Position numbers and translations under genes: made by a program
Part shown: piece after piece, positions 39,486 through 50,689 of the stretch
Numbering within the stretch: the stretch's first letter is position 1
Layout of the letters: each line of letters begins with the position of its first letter
The notes under the pieces: model-generated
What the model saw: only the letters and a program-made list of their open reading frames with translations
The model's database searches: none
Told to the model about the DNA's origin: nothing
Assembly: GCA_964016885.1 (NCBI GenBank)
Contig: OZ024741.1
Span: forward strand, 360,344,001 to 360,408,000
Direction: 5' to 3'
DNA: 64,000 nucleotides
Source of the DNA: Eledone cirrhosa
Lineage: Eukaryota

Positions 39486-39550
39486 TATTTTATCTGATGA
39501 AAGCGCACCAAGATTGGCTTGGTTGCCCTTGAAATATATATAATAAAATA
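39486..39550 (+). ncRNA. Minimal type I hammerhead ribozyme
   Basis: TATTTTAT-CTGATGA-AAGCGCACCAAG attgg CTTGGTTGCCCTT-GAAA-TATATA-TA-ATAAAATA. Confidence 0.8.
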
Positions 39551-41194
39551 ATTATGGTTTTATAAATATAGTTTCCATTTATTAATATATTGTATATATA
39601 TATATATACACACACACACTCACACATGTATTTGAAATTGATTGGGTAGCGAATATTTATGTGTCATTTTATATACCTTACAATCTCACTAAGACTAAAT
39701 TTGGTACTGATACTCACTAATTGTCAACATAACCACCATTATTTTCCTCACTTTAAAGTGCATTAATTTATATCTGTTCTTTACTTTTCACTGTTTATTT
39801 TATATGTTATGTATATACTTTAAAGAAATTACATGTCCATGAAATAGGCTATAAAGACATAAAGATTGTATCTTAAGCAACTATTATGCAATAAAAAAGT
39901 TGAATGATTAATATATTGTATATTTTTAAATATAATTTTTATTTTACTGAACTGAATAATGTAACATAGTTACAAAAGAAAGAAAGACAAATTAAAATTA
40001 AGCAAAACTTCAGCATGACAGGTAACAGGCAAACCTCAATACCATCAAAAGCTAATTCAATGTAATACATGAGAAAATATGTCTTAAATAACAGCCATCT
40101 TAGAAAATTAGCATACAAACAACGCAAAAGCTAAATTAAAACCATACTACTGAGTGAACAAATGCAAACTTGACCTGGTTAATAAAATACTCTAACATAT
40201 TTACCATTACAATAAATGTGAAGCTTTAGTTACCTTAATTTTTTATTCATTATTTTTCCATTTGTACCTTTGGCGGAAGAAAGAGCCATCATTCTGTAGT
40301 AAGCTGAGAAAATTATCCTGGTATGATGTCATATGATGGTTGCTGCCAAGGTTTCCTTGATGCCACTGCTTCCTAGACTGGTTGCTAGCCTTCTGACAAG
40401 ACATCCTCATGTAATTAATACACATGATGAACTGAATGGTAGCTTGGTAAACTAACAGTTACTTTAATGAATTTTTAAATTGACAGCTATTGTTATCTTC
40501 AAAAACTTCAACCAAATTCAATGACAACCAAATTCATGTTTCTATTACACAGTTTGTAAAAAATAAGAAGTCTGTTACATGTTTATGTTCATATGTATAT
40601 ATATACTTTAAATCATCATCATTATCATCATCATTGTTTGACGTCCATCTTCCACTCTAGCATGAGTAGGACGGACTGTCCCTTTGTGAGGAATCAGGTC
40701 AAGGGACCGTGATTTGCTCACACAGAACTGATTTTGGCTTGGTTTCTATAACTGAATACCCTTCCTAACGCCAACCACATTTACAGTGTGTGGTGGATGC
40801 TTTTTGTTGTGACACCTACATGACTACTTTACACCATGGACTGGGTGCTTTTTGTCATGACGCCCACCTGACCACTTTACAGTATGGACTGGGTGCTTGT
40901 TGTTGTGACACCCATACGACCACTTTAATCATTTTAACACATAATAGCTATGCCAGTATATATTAAGCCTTAGTTCAGAAAAGCATAAATCCCCAAATCC
41001 AAATCACTTTCAGTCCCACGTTTATCATATAAATTGATCTGGTATTAATAGTACATGCTGATCACTTTTGTACTGCATTGACTGTTGTCATGGGTTTATA
41101 TGATTATTGTACATTTACATTCTTTTTTTACATTATTCGGATTTATTTTATTTCTTATCAACATAATAAGAAAACAACATTAAGTGAGGACTGC

Positions 41195-41447
<253 letters not shown>

Positions 41448-41448
41448 C

Positions 41449-42176
41449 GCTATTAGCGTTCTCCGATAATATATTTATATATTGACTCTTGGTGCAGCAG
41501 ATATGAACTTCCCGATATAAGGTTTGACTCTCTTTGTTTATTTTTTTTATATATGAATATTGATTGTTTCTTGTATCTCATTCTGTTATTTTGCCTGAGA
41601 AAATATCTGTGTGGCATCAAACAATGTACACACAGGGGTATTTTTTCAATTTCCAATTGAGTTCTAGCACGTGGCCTGAATTCCTTTAAGAATTCATTGT
41701 CCTGCGCATATATTGTTTTTTTGGCTGTAATCTTCTTCATCATTTTTGAATCAGTTTGAGAATTTCTTTAGAACTGCTAGAATAGCAACCTGGCAGCTAC
41801 CTCAAGCACTGATGGTGATTATCGCTAAATACTGATATTGATTTGATTATCAATATTAGTATTATTGGGCATCCACTGAAGAATTATAAGAGCCCACTTG
41901 AATAAGTATCTGTTGATCTTATACAAGCATCTACATAAATTTGTATAATTTCACCCAAATTGTAGGAATCTTATAATGAAACGAGACGTCCGTCTGGGAA
42001 GAGATATATTCGATATATCTCATATGAAATAATACAGTCAATTTTCTACACAATACAATTAGTTAGCACCCGAACGTTTAATTAGGAATATACTCACTTA
42101 TTTCCTAATGTTTGTTGAGTGAGTTGGGATTTGGCCGGAATATTGCTATTAGCGTTCTCCGATAATGTATTTATAT
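41449..42176 (+). mobile_element. 696-bp HHR-containing monomer with about 32-bp terminal direct repeat (retrozyme/pLTR-like), element F
   Basis: gctattagcgttctccgataat(a/g)tatttatat at 41449 and 42145; (TA)n on both sides; internal HHR. Confidence 0.7.
41872..41998 (+). ncRNA. Hammerhead ribozyme with a long stem II insert
   Basis: TCCA-CTGAAGA-ATTATAAGA...TCTTATAAT-GAAA-CG(A)GACGTCCG-TC-TGGG; perfect 9-bp stem II, GUC site, near-palindromic stem III, short stem I. Confidence 0.7.
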
Positions 42177-42733
42177 ATATATATATATAAATATATACAC
42201 ATATATATATTTACATATATATATATATATATACTCAGACACACACATATATATATACATATATATATATCATCATCATCATCATCATCAACGTTTAACG
42301 TCCGTGTTCCATGCTTGCATGGGTTTGGACGGGGGTTTTCCCACTTGAGACAAGAGTGATTGTCTTGCTCGCATAGGACTGTCTGGCGGGTTTTCTAAAG
42401 CTGGATGCCCTTCCTAACACCAACCACATTTATAGTGTGGGACTGGGAGGTTTTTACCGTGTTGCCTACACGGCCACATTACAGCGTGGACTGTCTGGCG
42501 GGTTTTCTACAGCTGGATGCTCTTCCTAATACCAACCACATTTACAGTGTGGGGCTGGGAGGTTTTTACCGTGTTGCCTACACGGCCACATTACAGCGTG
42601 GACTGTGTGTTTTTTGTCGTGACACCTACACGATCTCATTTGTTTCGGCCTGGATGTTGTGGCACCAACATAACTTTACATTGAAAAGGGCAGTGTGGAT
42701 GGGGTGGGGGTGGTGGGACGGTGGTGTGTTTTG

Positions 42734-44770
42734 TTAGAGATGCCTACTGACTGTAGTAGGTATTACTTTGTATTTTAGGTAAGGCGGGTCTTCTCTATTA
42801 CTGAGTACCTCCAAAGGTCTCGGTCCAGTGACATTGTCTTGGAGAGGTGTAAGCGTGTGAGGTCGGAATTTATCATGTCGTCCCAGGTTTTTCTGGGTCT
42901 GCCTACTTCCGTGGCTACCGTCTATCTTTATTGCCCTGCACTTTGTTATACAGCTGTCGTCTTTCATGCGCATCACGTGACCATACCAACGTAGCCTTCT
43001 CTCGAGTAGACAACATCTGATCCCTCTTATTTCTAATTTTTCCCTTAGTTCGTTTATGCTTAGCCGTTCACGTATATTACTATTACACATCCAGCGGAGC
43101 ATGCAAGCTTCGTTCCTCTCTAGTCTGCGTATATCCTCTGCACACAATGCCCAGGTCTCACTGCCATGCAGCATTGCTGTTCGTATGCAGGCATCATACA
43201 ACCTGCCTTTCATTTTTAGGGAGAACCCTTTAGCGGCTAATAGTGGTATAAGCTCTCTGAACTTTTTCCATCCAGTTCTGACTCTAGCTACTGTACTTTC
43301 AGAGCACCCTCCCCCACTGCTGATTTTGTCACCCAGGTAACGGAAGCTGTCCACTATTTCTATAGAGCCCTCTGCGCAGTTGTAAGAGCTAGTATTTTGT
43401 GGGCACTTGCTGCTACTTATTGCACCAGAGCACCGGCCACATGTAAAATCTATGTTCTTAGTTAGCTTACCTGTGATCCCACTACATCTTTTATGCACCC
43501 ATACTTTGCATTTGGGACATAAAATGGAGTTTCTACCTACGCCTTTCCTACACACTGAGCATGGCCATTTCCCGGAAGGGACCGCCGCCTTATTTTCTTT
43601 CCTACAAACTAGAACTTTAGTCTTAGCCAGGTTAATTTTAAAGCCTTTTGATTCTAGGCCGTGCTTCCATGTTTGGAATTTCTTCTCTAGCTCGGTCATT
43701 GATTCAGCTATGAGCGTTAGATCATCTGCGTATAGTAGTTCCCATGGGCAGCCGGTCTTGAACTCCTCTGTTATAGCCTGAAGGGCAATAATAAATAGTA
43801 GGGGGCTAAGAACAGAGCCCTGATGGACACCAACTTTTACGCTAAACTCTTCACTATATTCGTTGTTAATTCTAACCTTGCTGACTGTTTCTTTATACAT
43901 GGCTTGTATAGCTCTCACAAGCCATTCGTCAACACCTAGTTTTCTAAGAGCCCACCAGATAATGGAACGGGGGACTCTGTCGAAGGCTTTCTCCAAGTCG
44001 ACAAAAGCTAAGTATAGGGGTTTACTTTTAGCTAGGTACTTCTCCTGTAGTTGTCGTACAATGAAAAGAGCGTCTGTGGTACTTTTGCCTGACACAAACC
44101 CGAACTGCATTTCATCTAGATCAATTCGCTCTCTGATCAGTTGCGCTATTACTTTTTCCGTGACCTTCATGACCTGGTCGATTAATTTAATGCCTCTATA
44201 GTTACTCCTATCTAGGGCATCTCCTTTACCCTTGTAACAGTTAATGATGATGCTGCTATGCCAGTCCTTCGGAACAACCCCATTCTGTACGACTTGGTTT
44301 ACTATCCGGGTGACCATGGTGTGTCCCACCGAACCAGAGGCTTTCAGCATCTCAGCAACTATTTCCGAAGGCCCAGCCGCCTTACCCGTCTTCATATCTT
44401 TGATTGCCTTACTTATTATACTACCTTCAACTAACACTGCTGGTCCCTCTATTGGGTCGATGTGGGCGAGACTGTCTTTCTCCCATTTGTTCTCCTCATT
44501 TAGAAGCCTTTCGTAGTGACACTTCCAAGCTACCTTCTTATCAGCATCAGTGATGGCAAGTATGCCATCATCATTAAGGACACACTTCTCCCCGACAATA
44601 TCACGGTTTTCCTTGACACATTGCCTAGCAATCCTGAACACCTCACGTTTTTGGTCCTCACGTTGTAGAACATGCTTGAACTCTCTTTCCTCTGCTTCCC
44701 TTCTTGCGAAGTACACTTGTCTCCTAGCTTCCCTCCTGGCCACTTGATAGTCTTCTCTACTTCCCCCCAT
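42734..44770 (-). CDS. RTE reverse transcriptase with an embedded C4HC3 (PHD-like) finger; C-terminus frameshifted
   Basis: NYRGIKL, FVDLEKAFDRVP, GVHQGSVLSPLLF, YADD, KTKV...CSVC...CPKC.VWVHKRC...CGRC...FRYLG, RLRWYGHVMR. Confidence 0.93.
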   Translation of the reverse strand: MGGSREDYQVARREARRQVYFARREAEEREFKHVLQREDQKREVFRIARQCVKENRDIVGEKCVLNDDGILAITDADKKVAWKCHYERLLNEENKWEKDSLAHIDPIEGPAVLVEGSIISKAIKDMKTGKAAGPSEIVAEMLKASGSVGHTMVTRIVNQVVQNGVVPKDWHSSIIINCYKGKGDALDRSNYRGIKLIDQVMKVTEKVIAQLIRERIDLDEMQFGFVSGKSTTDALFIVRQLQEKYLAKSKPLYLAFVDLEKAFDRVPRSIIWWALRKLGVDEWLVRAIQAMYKETVSKVRINNEYSEEFSVKVGVHQGSVLSPLLFIIALQAITEEFKTGCPWELLYADDLTLIAESMTELEKKFQTWKHGLESKGFKINLAKTKVLVCRKENKAAVPSGKWPCSVCRKGVGRNSILCPKCKVWVHKRCSGITGKLTKNIDFTCGRCSGAISSSKCPQNTSSYNCAEGSIEIVDSFRYLGDKISSGGGCSESTVARVRTGWKKFRELIPLLAAKGFSLKMKGRLYDACIRTAMLHGSETWALCAEDIRRLERNEACMLRWMCNSNIRERLSINELREKLEIRGIRCCLLERRLRWYGHVMRMKDDSCITKCRAIKIDGSHGSRQTQKNLGRHDKFRPHTLTPLQDNVTGPRPLEVLSNREDPPYLKYKVIPTTVSRHL

Positions 44771-45677
44771 CCCGCCATACTTTCCAAGCCTGCTTTTTGG
44801 CCTTAATTGACTCCTCCACCTTACTGTTCCACCACCATGTTACTCTCCTCCTACCTACAGGCCTGCTCCAGCCACAGACTTCGTCTGCCGCTGTCAGCAG
44901 GTTTGCTTTCAGGAATTCCCACTGTTCCTCTATATTATACGACTCTAATTGCTCTTCCTTACTGTCGAAAGCATCAAGTAATATGCTTTGAAATTTATTT
45001 CTGACTGTGGGGTCCTTTAGCTTCCATATTTTTCTCCTGAGGATAATCCTCTTCTGCTGTCTAGTACGTCTCGTCCTGACTATGAGGTCGCTAATTATCA
45101 GTCTATGTTGGGAGGTGCATTCTTCATGGGGGAGGGATTTAGTGTTAACAACAGACACTCTGTCACGTCTTCTGGTAAGGATATAATCTACCTGGCTTGT
45201 GTGTTCCCCCGATCTATAGGTGATCAAGTGATTGTCTCGATTTTTGAAGTTAGTGTTACAGATAGTTAGGTTATTTGCGTCACAGAATTCCAGGATTCTG
45301 GAGCCTTCCTCATTTCTAGTACCAAACCCATAGCCTCCATGGATTTCGTCGTAGCCGTCACAATGTTGTCCAACGTGACCATTTAGGTCGCCTGCGATAA
45401 TTATATAGTCACTGTCGGTTATTTGGGAGGTAGCGAGCATAAATGTCTCATAGAATCTGTCTTTTATAGCGCCGGGCAGTCCGGATTGGGGTGCGTACGC
45501 AGATATTACTGTCACCGTAGTTCTATTGAGGACAAGTCTTATTTTCATTATTCTGTCGTTCACTCTATTTACGTCTATTATCTTATCTGCCCACTTTTCT
45601 GCTACCATGAATCCTACTCCACCCAGCCCATTGTCATTTCCCACCCAGAAAAGCTTATAGCATCGTTCTTTACCCAT
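44757..45677 (-). CDS. RTE APE-type endonuclease, separated from the RT by one frameshift near 44760
   Basis: GVG, ISAYAPQ, AGDLNGHVG, SQVDYIL, SQHRL, WWW motifs. Confidence 0.92.
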   Translation of the reverse strand: MGKERCYKLFWVGNDNGLGGVGFMVAEKWADKIIDVNRVNDRIMKIRLVLNRTTVTVISAYAPQSGLPGAIKDRFYETFMLATSQITDSDYIIIAGDLNGHVGQHCDGYDEIHGGYGFGTRNEEGSRILEFCDANNLTICNTNFKNRDNHLITYRSGEHTSQVDYILTRRRDRVSVVNTKSLPHEECTSQHRLIISDLIVRTRRTRQQKRIILRRKIWKLKDPTVRNKFQSILLDAFDSKEEQLESYNIEEQWEFLKANLLTAADEVCGWSRPVGRRRVTWWWNSKVEESIKAKKQAWKVWRDGGK

Positions 45678-47104
45678 ATATATATATGTGTGTGTGTGTG
45701 TGTGTACGTGTGTGTGTTAGTGTGTCCCCGAGTATATATATGTAATTATATATATGTATATATATATGTGTATATATGTGTGTGTGTATATATATACACA
45801 TACACCCACATATATTCCAATTGTCGCATATGTATCATCAAATGACTTGGCAATATGTCCACTTGAATTGGCTGCCAGATCGTCTTTCAACATTTAGTGC
45901 TTGCCTTGCTATTGTAGATGTAATTTGGTCACTCCATCTTCATCATGCAATCACCAGTGATTTGTTTGTATGAATGGAAGAAAGTGAGTCAGGGAATGAA
46001 ATTTAGTTGAAATGATATAAGGTTTCACCACAAACAAAGTCTCCATGAAATTACAAAGATCATATATCCAAAAGGATATTACATTGATGTCATTATCCTG
46101 GAAAACAACCAAATGACAATTAATGAATTAGTTAATATTATGGAAATATTCTGGAATTGATTTCTGTTGGTTTTAATTATGAATATTCCTGTTGTTTAAT
46201 CAATGGAACAACCTCCTCATAAAATTAACACGCAAGCTGTTGAGCATTCCACAGACACATGTACCCTGAATGTAATTCTCAGAGAGATTCACTGAGACAC
46301 AGTGTGTGACAAAGCTGTCTCTTTGAATTACAGTTACAGTCTATATGACAGGTTTTCAAACAGTTTCTGTCTACTAAATTTAACCCACAAGGTTATGGAA
46401 AATGATACTTGCTTAAGGTGCCACACAGTGAGATCAAATCCAGGGCTTTATTGTTGTAAATAACATTTCTTAATCATTCAGTCATATCACACCAAGGAAA
46501 ATATTCTAGCAGTAATGTAATGATCTTCAATTCCAAAGGACGACATTATCTGATGGAATTCCTCCCATTCCCTCAAATAGCCTCTCTCTGAGTGAACTCT
46601 TATACTCACTAAACTCTTCAAACTTTTCCTCTCTGTAGAGATTCTTAAATTATAGAAGCACATTATAGTTTGTACTTTTATCTAAAAAAGTAACCAGTTT
46701 GACCTGCTAACTTCTGCCCTGTTGACTCAATTCCAACATTTCAAATGTGATAGATACAGTTTTAAGAACTACCTTATTCATCACCTACAGCAGGGATGTG
46801 AAACCTTTTCAATCTGAAGAGCCATTTATAGCTAAAAAAAAAAAAGGATAATAATTGAGACTATCAGAGCCACATAATTTATTATAAACAAAAATACATA
46901 CAAGAAAACATTCTTGGTTTTGATTCTGGAGTTCTGTGTCTTGTTTTGTATTTCTGTTTTAAAAAAATAATTTTTTAAGGTTTCCCCTTAAAAAAATTGT
47001 TTTTCATTTTGCTTAGTTTTTGTTCATTGTCTTGTCCTCTATTTGTTCATTTTCTTAAGTTTATCATTACTATTGTGATGAACGTGTTATCAATTCCAAT
47101 GGCT

Positions 47105-47136
<32 letters not shown>

Positions 47137-47198
47137 TATGTATATATAAGAGACGTAAAATAAGAAAATTATAAAATTAACTTACTTAGTAAAATATC

Positions 47199-47281
47199 AC
47201 TTCCAACTAATTAGTTTCTGGAATGGAGTAAATATATTTTCCGAAGAATAATAGAGAGAAGCATTCCGTCGTCAGGAAAGT
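47199..47281 (-). ncRNA. Hammerhead ribozyme, unit 1
   Basis: Reverse complement: ACTTTC-CTGACGA-CGGAATG...CATTCCA-GAAA-CTAATTAG-TT-GGAAGT; palindromic stem III, GUU site. Confidence 0.75.
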
Positions 47282-47721
47282 CTATTCTCATGTAAGTTTC
47301 CAGGCAAAGCGAGGACACTGGAAACTTATTAAAAAATAATTCAGTGGATAGGAAATAGCAAAGCGTGGACTGAATTCCAAGCCATTGAGAAAATCACTGC
47401 CTCTACGTCTGTGGCAAATTCAAAAAGAATCGAACACGTGACATCGAGGTCAATCAGTGGAAAGTGGTTTGCTAATAAGACAGCGGCCTGCCTACAACCG
47501 TAGCAGCAGTCATGGCCAATATTGCTCGACAAATAATTTGGAGATAATAATAAAGAATTCATATCTAGTAACATATATATACATACAGATGCATATCAAT
47601 GCTAGCAAATATATAGGTTTTGTCTTAATAACAGTGTGGTTCAATGCATGGGGTTGCAGAACAATAATATAAGAGACGTAAAATAAGAAAATTATAAAAT
47701 TAACTTACTTACTAAAATATC

Positions 47722-47804
47722 ACTTCCAACTAATTAGTTTCTGGAATGGGGTAAATTTATTTTCCGAAGAATAATAGAGAGAAGCATTCCGTCGTCAGGA
47801 AAGT
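47722..47804 (-). ncRNA. Hammerhead ribozyme, unit 2
   Basis: Same motif; differences only in the stem II loop. Confidence 0.75.
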
Positions 47805-48243
47805 CTATTCTCATGTAAGTTTCCAGGCAAAGCGAGGACACTGGAAACTTATTAAAAAATAATTCAGTGGATAGGAAATAGCAAAGCGTGGACTGAATTC
47901 CAAGCCATTGAGAAAATCACTGCCTCTACGTCTGTGGCAAATTCAAAAAGAATCGAACACGTGACATCGAGGTCAATCAGTGGAAAGTGGTTTGCTAATA
48001 AGACAGCGGCCTGCCTACAACCGTAGCAGCAGTCATGGCCAATATTGCTCGACAAATAATTTAGAGATAATAATAAAGAATTCATATCTAGTAACATATA
48101 TATACATACAGATGCATATCAATGCTAGCAAATATATAGGTTTTGTCTTAATAACAGTGTGGTTCAATGCATGGGTTGCAGAACAATAATATAAGAGACG
48201 TAAAATAAGAAAATTATAAAATTAACTTACTTACTAAAATATC

Positions 48244-48326
48244 ACTTCCAACTAATTAGTTTCTGGAATGGAGTAAATATATTTTCCGAAGAATAATATA
48301 GAGAAGCATTCCGTCGTCAGGAAAGT
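48244..48326 (-). ncRNA. Hammerhead ribozyme, unit 3
   Basis: Same motif; one difference in the stem II loop. Confidence 0.75.
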
Positions 48327-48374
48327 CTATTCTCATAGCATTGATATGCATCTGTATATATGTATATATATATA

Positions 48375-48809
48375 TTTAACAAAGGGTATTAGTAGTTGTT
48401 AGAATGATTATAACAAGAATAGCTGATTTACTTTATATATAAAGGTTTACTTCACTTCAGTCAAAAAAGAACCATAAACATATTACCACGAGTTGCGAAG
48501 GTTGACAATGTTATTTTGTTGTTGGTTCATGAGGCTGGTGTAGTCTGCGACCAGGAGAGAGAGTAATGGTCTGTAGTTGACTGTAGACCACTGTGGCCTG
48601 TGATCTTTACATAGCTTGTTGCTAGTGTAATGCTCCGATCTCTCTGTCTGTAAAAGGTGGAATATACAGGCTTTATATACCTGTCGCTTTCTGTCTCCCA
48701 CCTTGAGGGATCGCCCACGCATGAACCTGTCCACACCGAAAAAGATGCTGACCTAGAATTTGACTTTTAGGTGTCATCCAGGGTTCAAGGCGTGGTCAGA
48801 TTTCGCTAC

Positions 48810-48810
<1 letters not shown>
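48375..48810 (-). mobile_element. Probable solo LTR
   Basis: Minus strand begins TGTAGCG and ends ...tttGTTAAA, similar to the LTR termini of copies 2 and 3; (TA)n flanks. Confidence 0.4.
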
Positions 48811-48854
<44 letters not shown>

Positions 48855-48901
48855 ATTATAAGAAACGAAAGGAGTTGTGTGGTTACTGTAAAACCGAGAT
48901 C

Positions 48902-49314
48902 AAGATGTTTTGGTGCTTAATACAGGACATCTATAAGCGATCAGCGGTGCACCCAAGGCTTTTCTCAATTAAAAAGCCAGGAGGGAAAGAAAAGAAAAAG
49001 GGAGGAAAAATAAGAAAAATGGGGAAAGGTAGAGAGGAAGAAAGAGAAAAAACAAACCAGATAGTGGGGGGACACAGGACAATGGAACATGCAAGTGATT
49101 AACCGAAGAAAAATTAGGATAGAATGAGTTATAGCGTACCTGCATCCCCCCACTATCTGGTCTGTTTACCTGTTTTTTCTCTTTCTTCCTCACTCCTTTC
49201 CCCCTTTTTTTCTTCTTTTACTTTTCTTTCCCTCCTGGCCTTTTGATTGAGAAAAGACCTTGGGCACTCCGCTGATCGCTTATAGATGTCCTGTATTAAG
49301 TGCCGAAACATCTT
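48902..49314. repeat. Fold-back element G (about 170-bp arms)
   Basis: aagatgttttggtgcttaatacaggacatctataagcgatcagcgg and its reverse complement; (TA)n flanks. Confidence 0.8.
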
Positions 49315-49476
49315 CTTTAAAATATAAATAATTAAGTATTACATATGATTGAACAATATATATTGTAGTCCGCATATGTAGACGATTATATTAGACACAG
49401 AAGCATATGTTAAAGAAAATAAATTCCTAATCTTTAATGCTGATGTTGATATTTTTCTTGGTGCAATACTTGCTTG

Positions 49477-49539
<63 letters not shown>

Positions 49540-50689
49540 GCAGCTTAAGAGCAACAAAAAAATGCAGACCTCTGAGTTGGATGGAGGACCATCAATCTTT
49601 TGATGAAGAAGAGATTTTATCCCAAAATAACAAGACCTATAAAGAACTGCCAGGTTGTATCCTAATATCGTTATCATCATGTTTTTAACATTTACGATCC
49701 ACAATTCACATTGTGGTAACCTTCAAATAAAACACTATTTTCTACACTTTACATAATGCTTTAAGCAAACTACAACACTCATATATATACACATTTCATC
49801 AGCAAGTATACATTTTCCATGTTGACATGAGTTACACGGGATGTTTTGAAGCAATGCTTTACAGCTGGATGCCCTTCCTGATACCAACCCTTTTAATCAC
49901 TTCTTACAACACACTGGGATACAGTATAACTATCTTAAACCTGATACACATGATTAACAAAAAGAAAGAAAATGAATAAGCTACAGGTGTGTCCCCATAA
50001 AAAATGAAGTAGAGGACACAAGTATGGCGACTTAGGTTTCAGATAACAAAGGCACAATAATGAACTTCTACAACTATAATCATAATTAATTATTTATATA
50101 TTATTTATTTGTTTCTCCTTTTGTGTGTAGTATTTTTCATTTCTTTCTCTTTATGGTATGTCATAATTTTTATTGCATTTTGTTATTGCTTATACACCAA
50201 GGGTTCTCAGGGACCCAAGTCACATTACTTCTATTGCAATTCCAGGTTTCTTTAATCCCCCCCCCCCCCATTTCAAATGATCATTTGGTAATTTTTCACA
50301 TCAGCTTCATATTAACATAAGTAAGCTTCCTAATCCTCAATAATTGTGTAACTGCAAATGGGAATAAATCTGAAGCATCAGTTCTTGTGAACTATTAATT
50401 GGTGATCATCCATATCATCATCATCATCATCATTTGATATCCATTTTCTACACTAACATGGGTAGGACGGGCAATCCCTTTGTGAGAGATCAGGACAGAA
50501 GACCTTGATTTGCATACACGGAACTGATATGGGCTTGTTTTCTACAGCTGGATGCCCTTCCTAACGCCAACCACATTTATAGTGTGTGCTGGATGCTTAT
50601 TGTCATGACACCTACACGACCACTTTACAGTGTGGAGTGGGTGCTTTTTTGTCATGACACCTACACGAACATTTATAGTTGGATTTATA

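Larger units (their letters stand above)
39155..39592 (-). mobile_element. Palindromic PLE-like remnant D (about 347-bp palindrome 39246-39592 plus tail), related to A
   Basis: Arms nearly identical; shares ...attaataaatggaaactatatttataaaaccata and the tail with element A; (TA)n flanks. Confidence 0.8.
42270..45677 (-). mobile_element. Near-complete RTE LINE (5'-truncated in the APE domain) with (GAT)n tail and a 112-bp duplication in the 3' UTR
   Basis: APE and RT ORFs listed below; microsatellite on both flanks. Confidence 0.95.
47148..48336 (-). repeat. Tandem array of 523/522-bp units (about 2.3 copies), each with an HHR (element E, retrozyme/pLTR-like)
   Basis: Units start at 47148, 47671 and 48193 and are nearly identical; short inverted piece of the unit at 48337-48357; (TA)n flanks. 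Confidence 0.9.

Noticed and set aside
40220-40440. Exon-like minus-strand segment
   Set aside because: No frame stays open through to the donor-like site, and no homology was recognised
41453-41743. Minus-strand ORF as a possible GIY-YIG remnant
   Set aside because: No convincing motif, and it is antisense to the HHR
46000-46160. Mariner-like transposase relic (IDVIILENNQMTINELVN)
   Set aside because: Too short, with no TIRs or catalytic motifs seen
47341-48189. Duplicated 69-77 aa ORFs in the tandem array
   Set aside because: A consequence of the duplication; no recognisable domain
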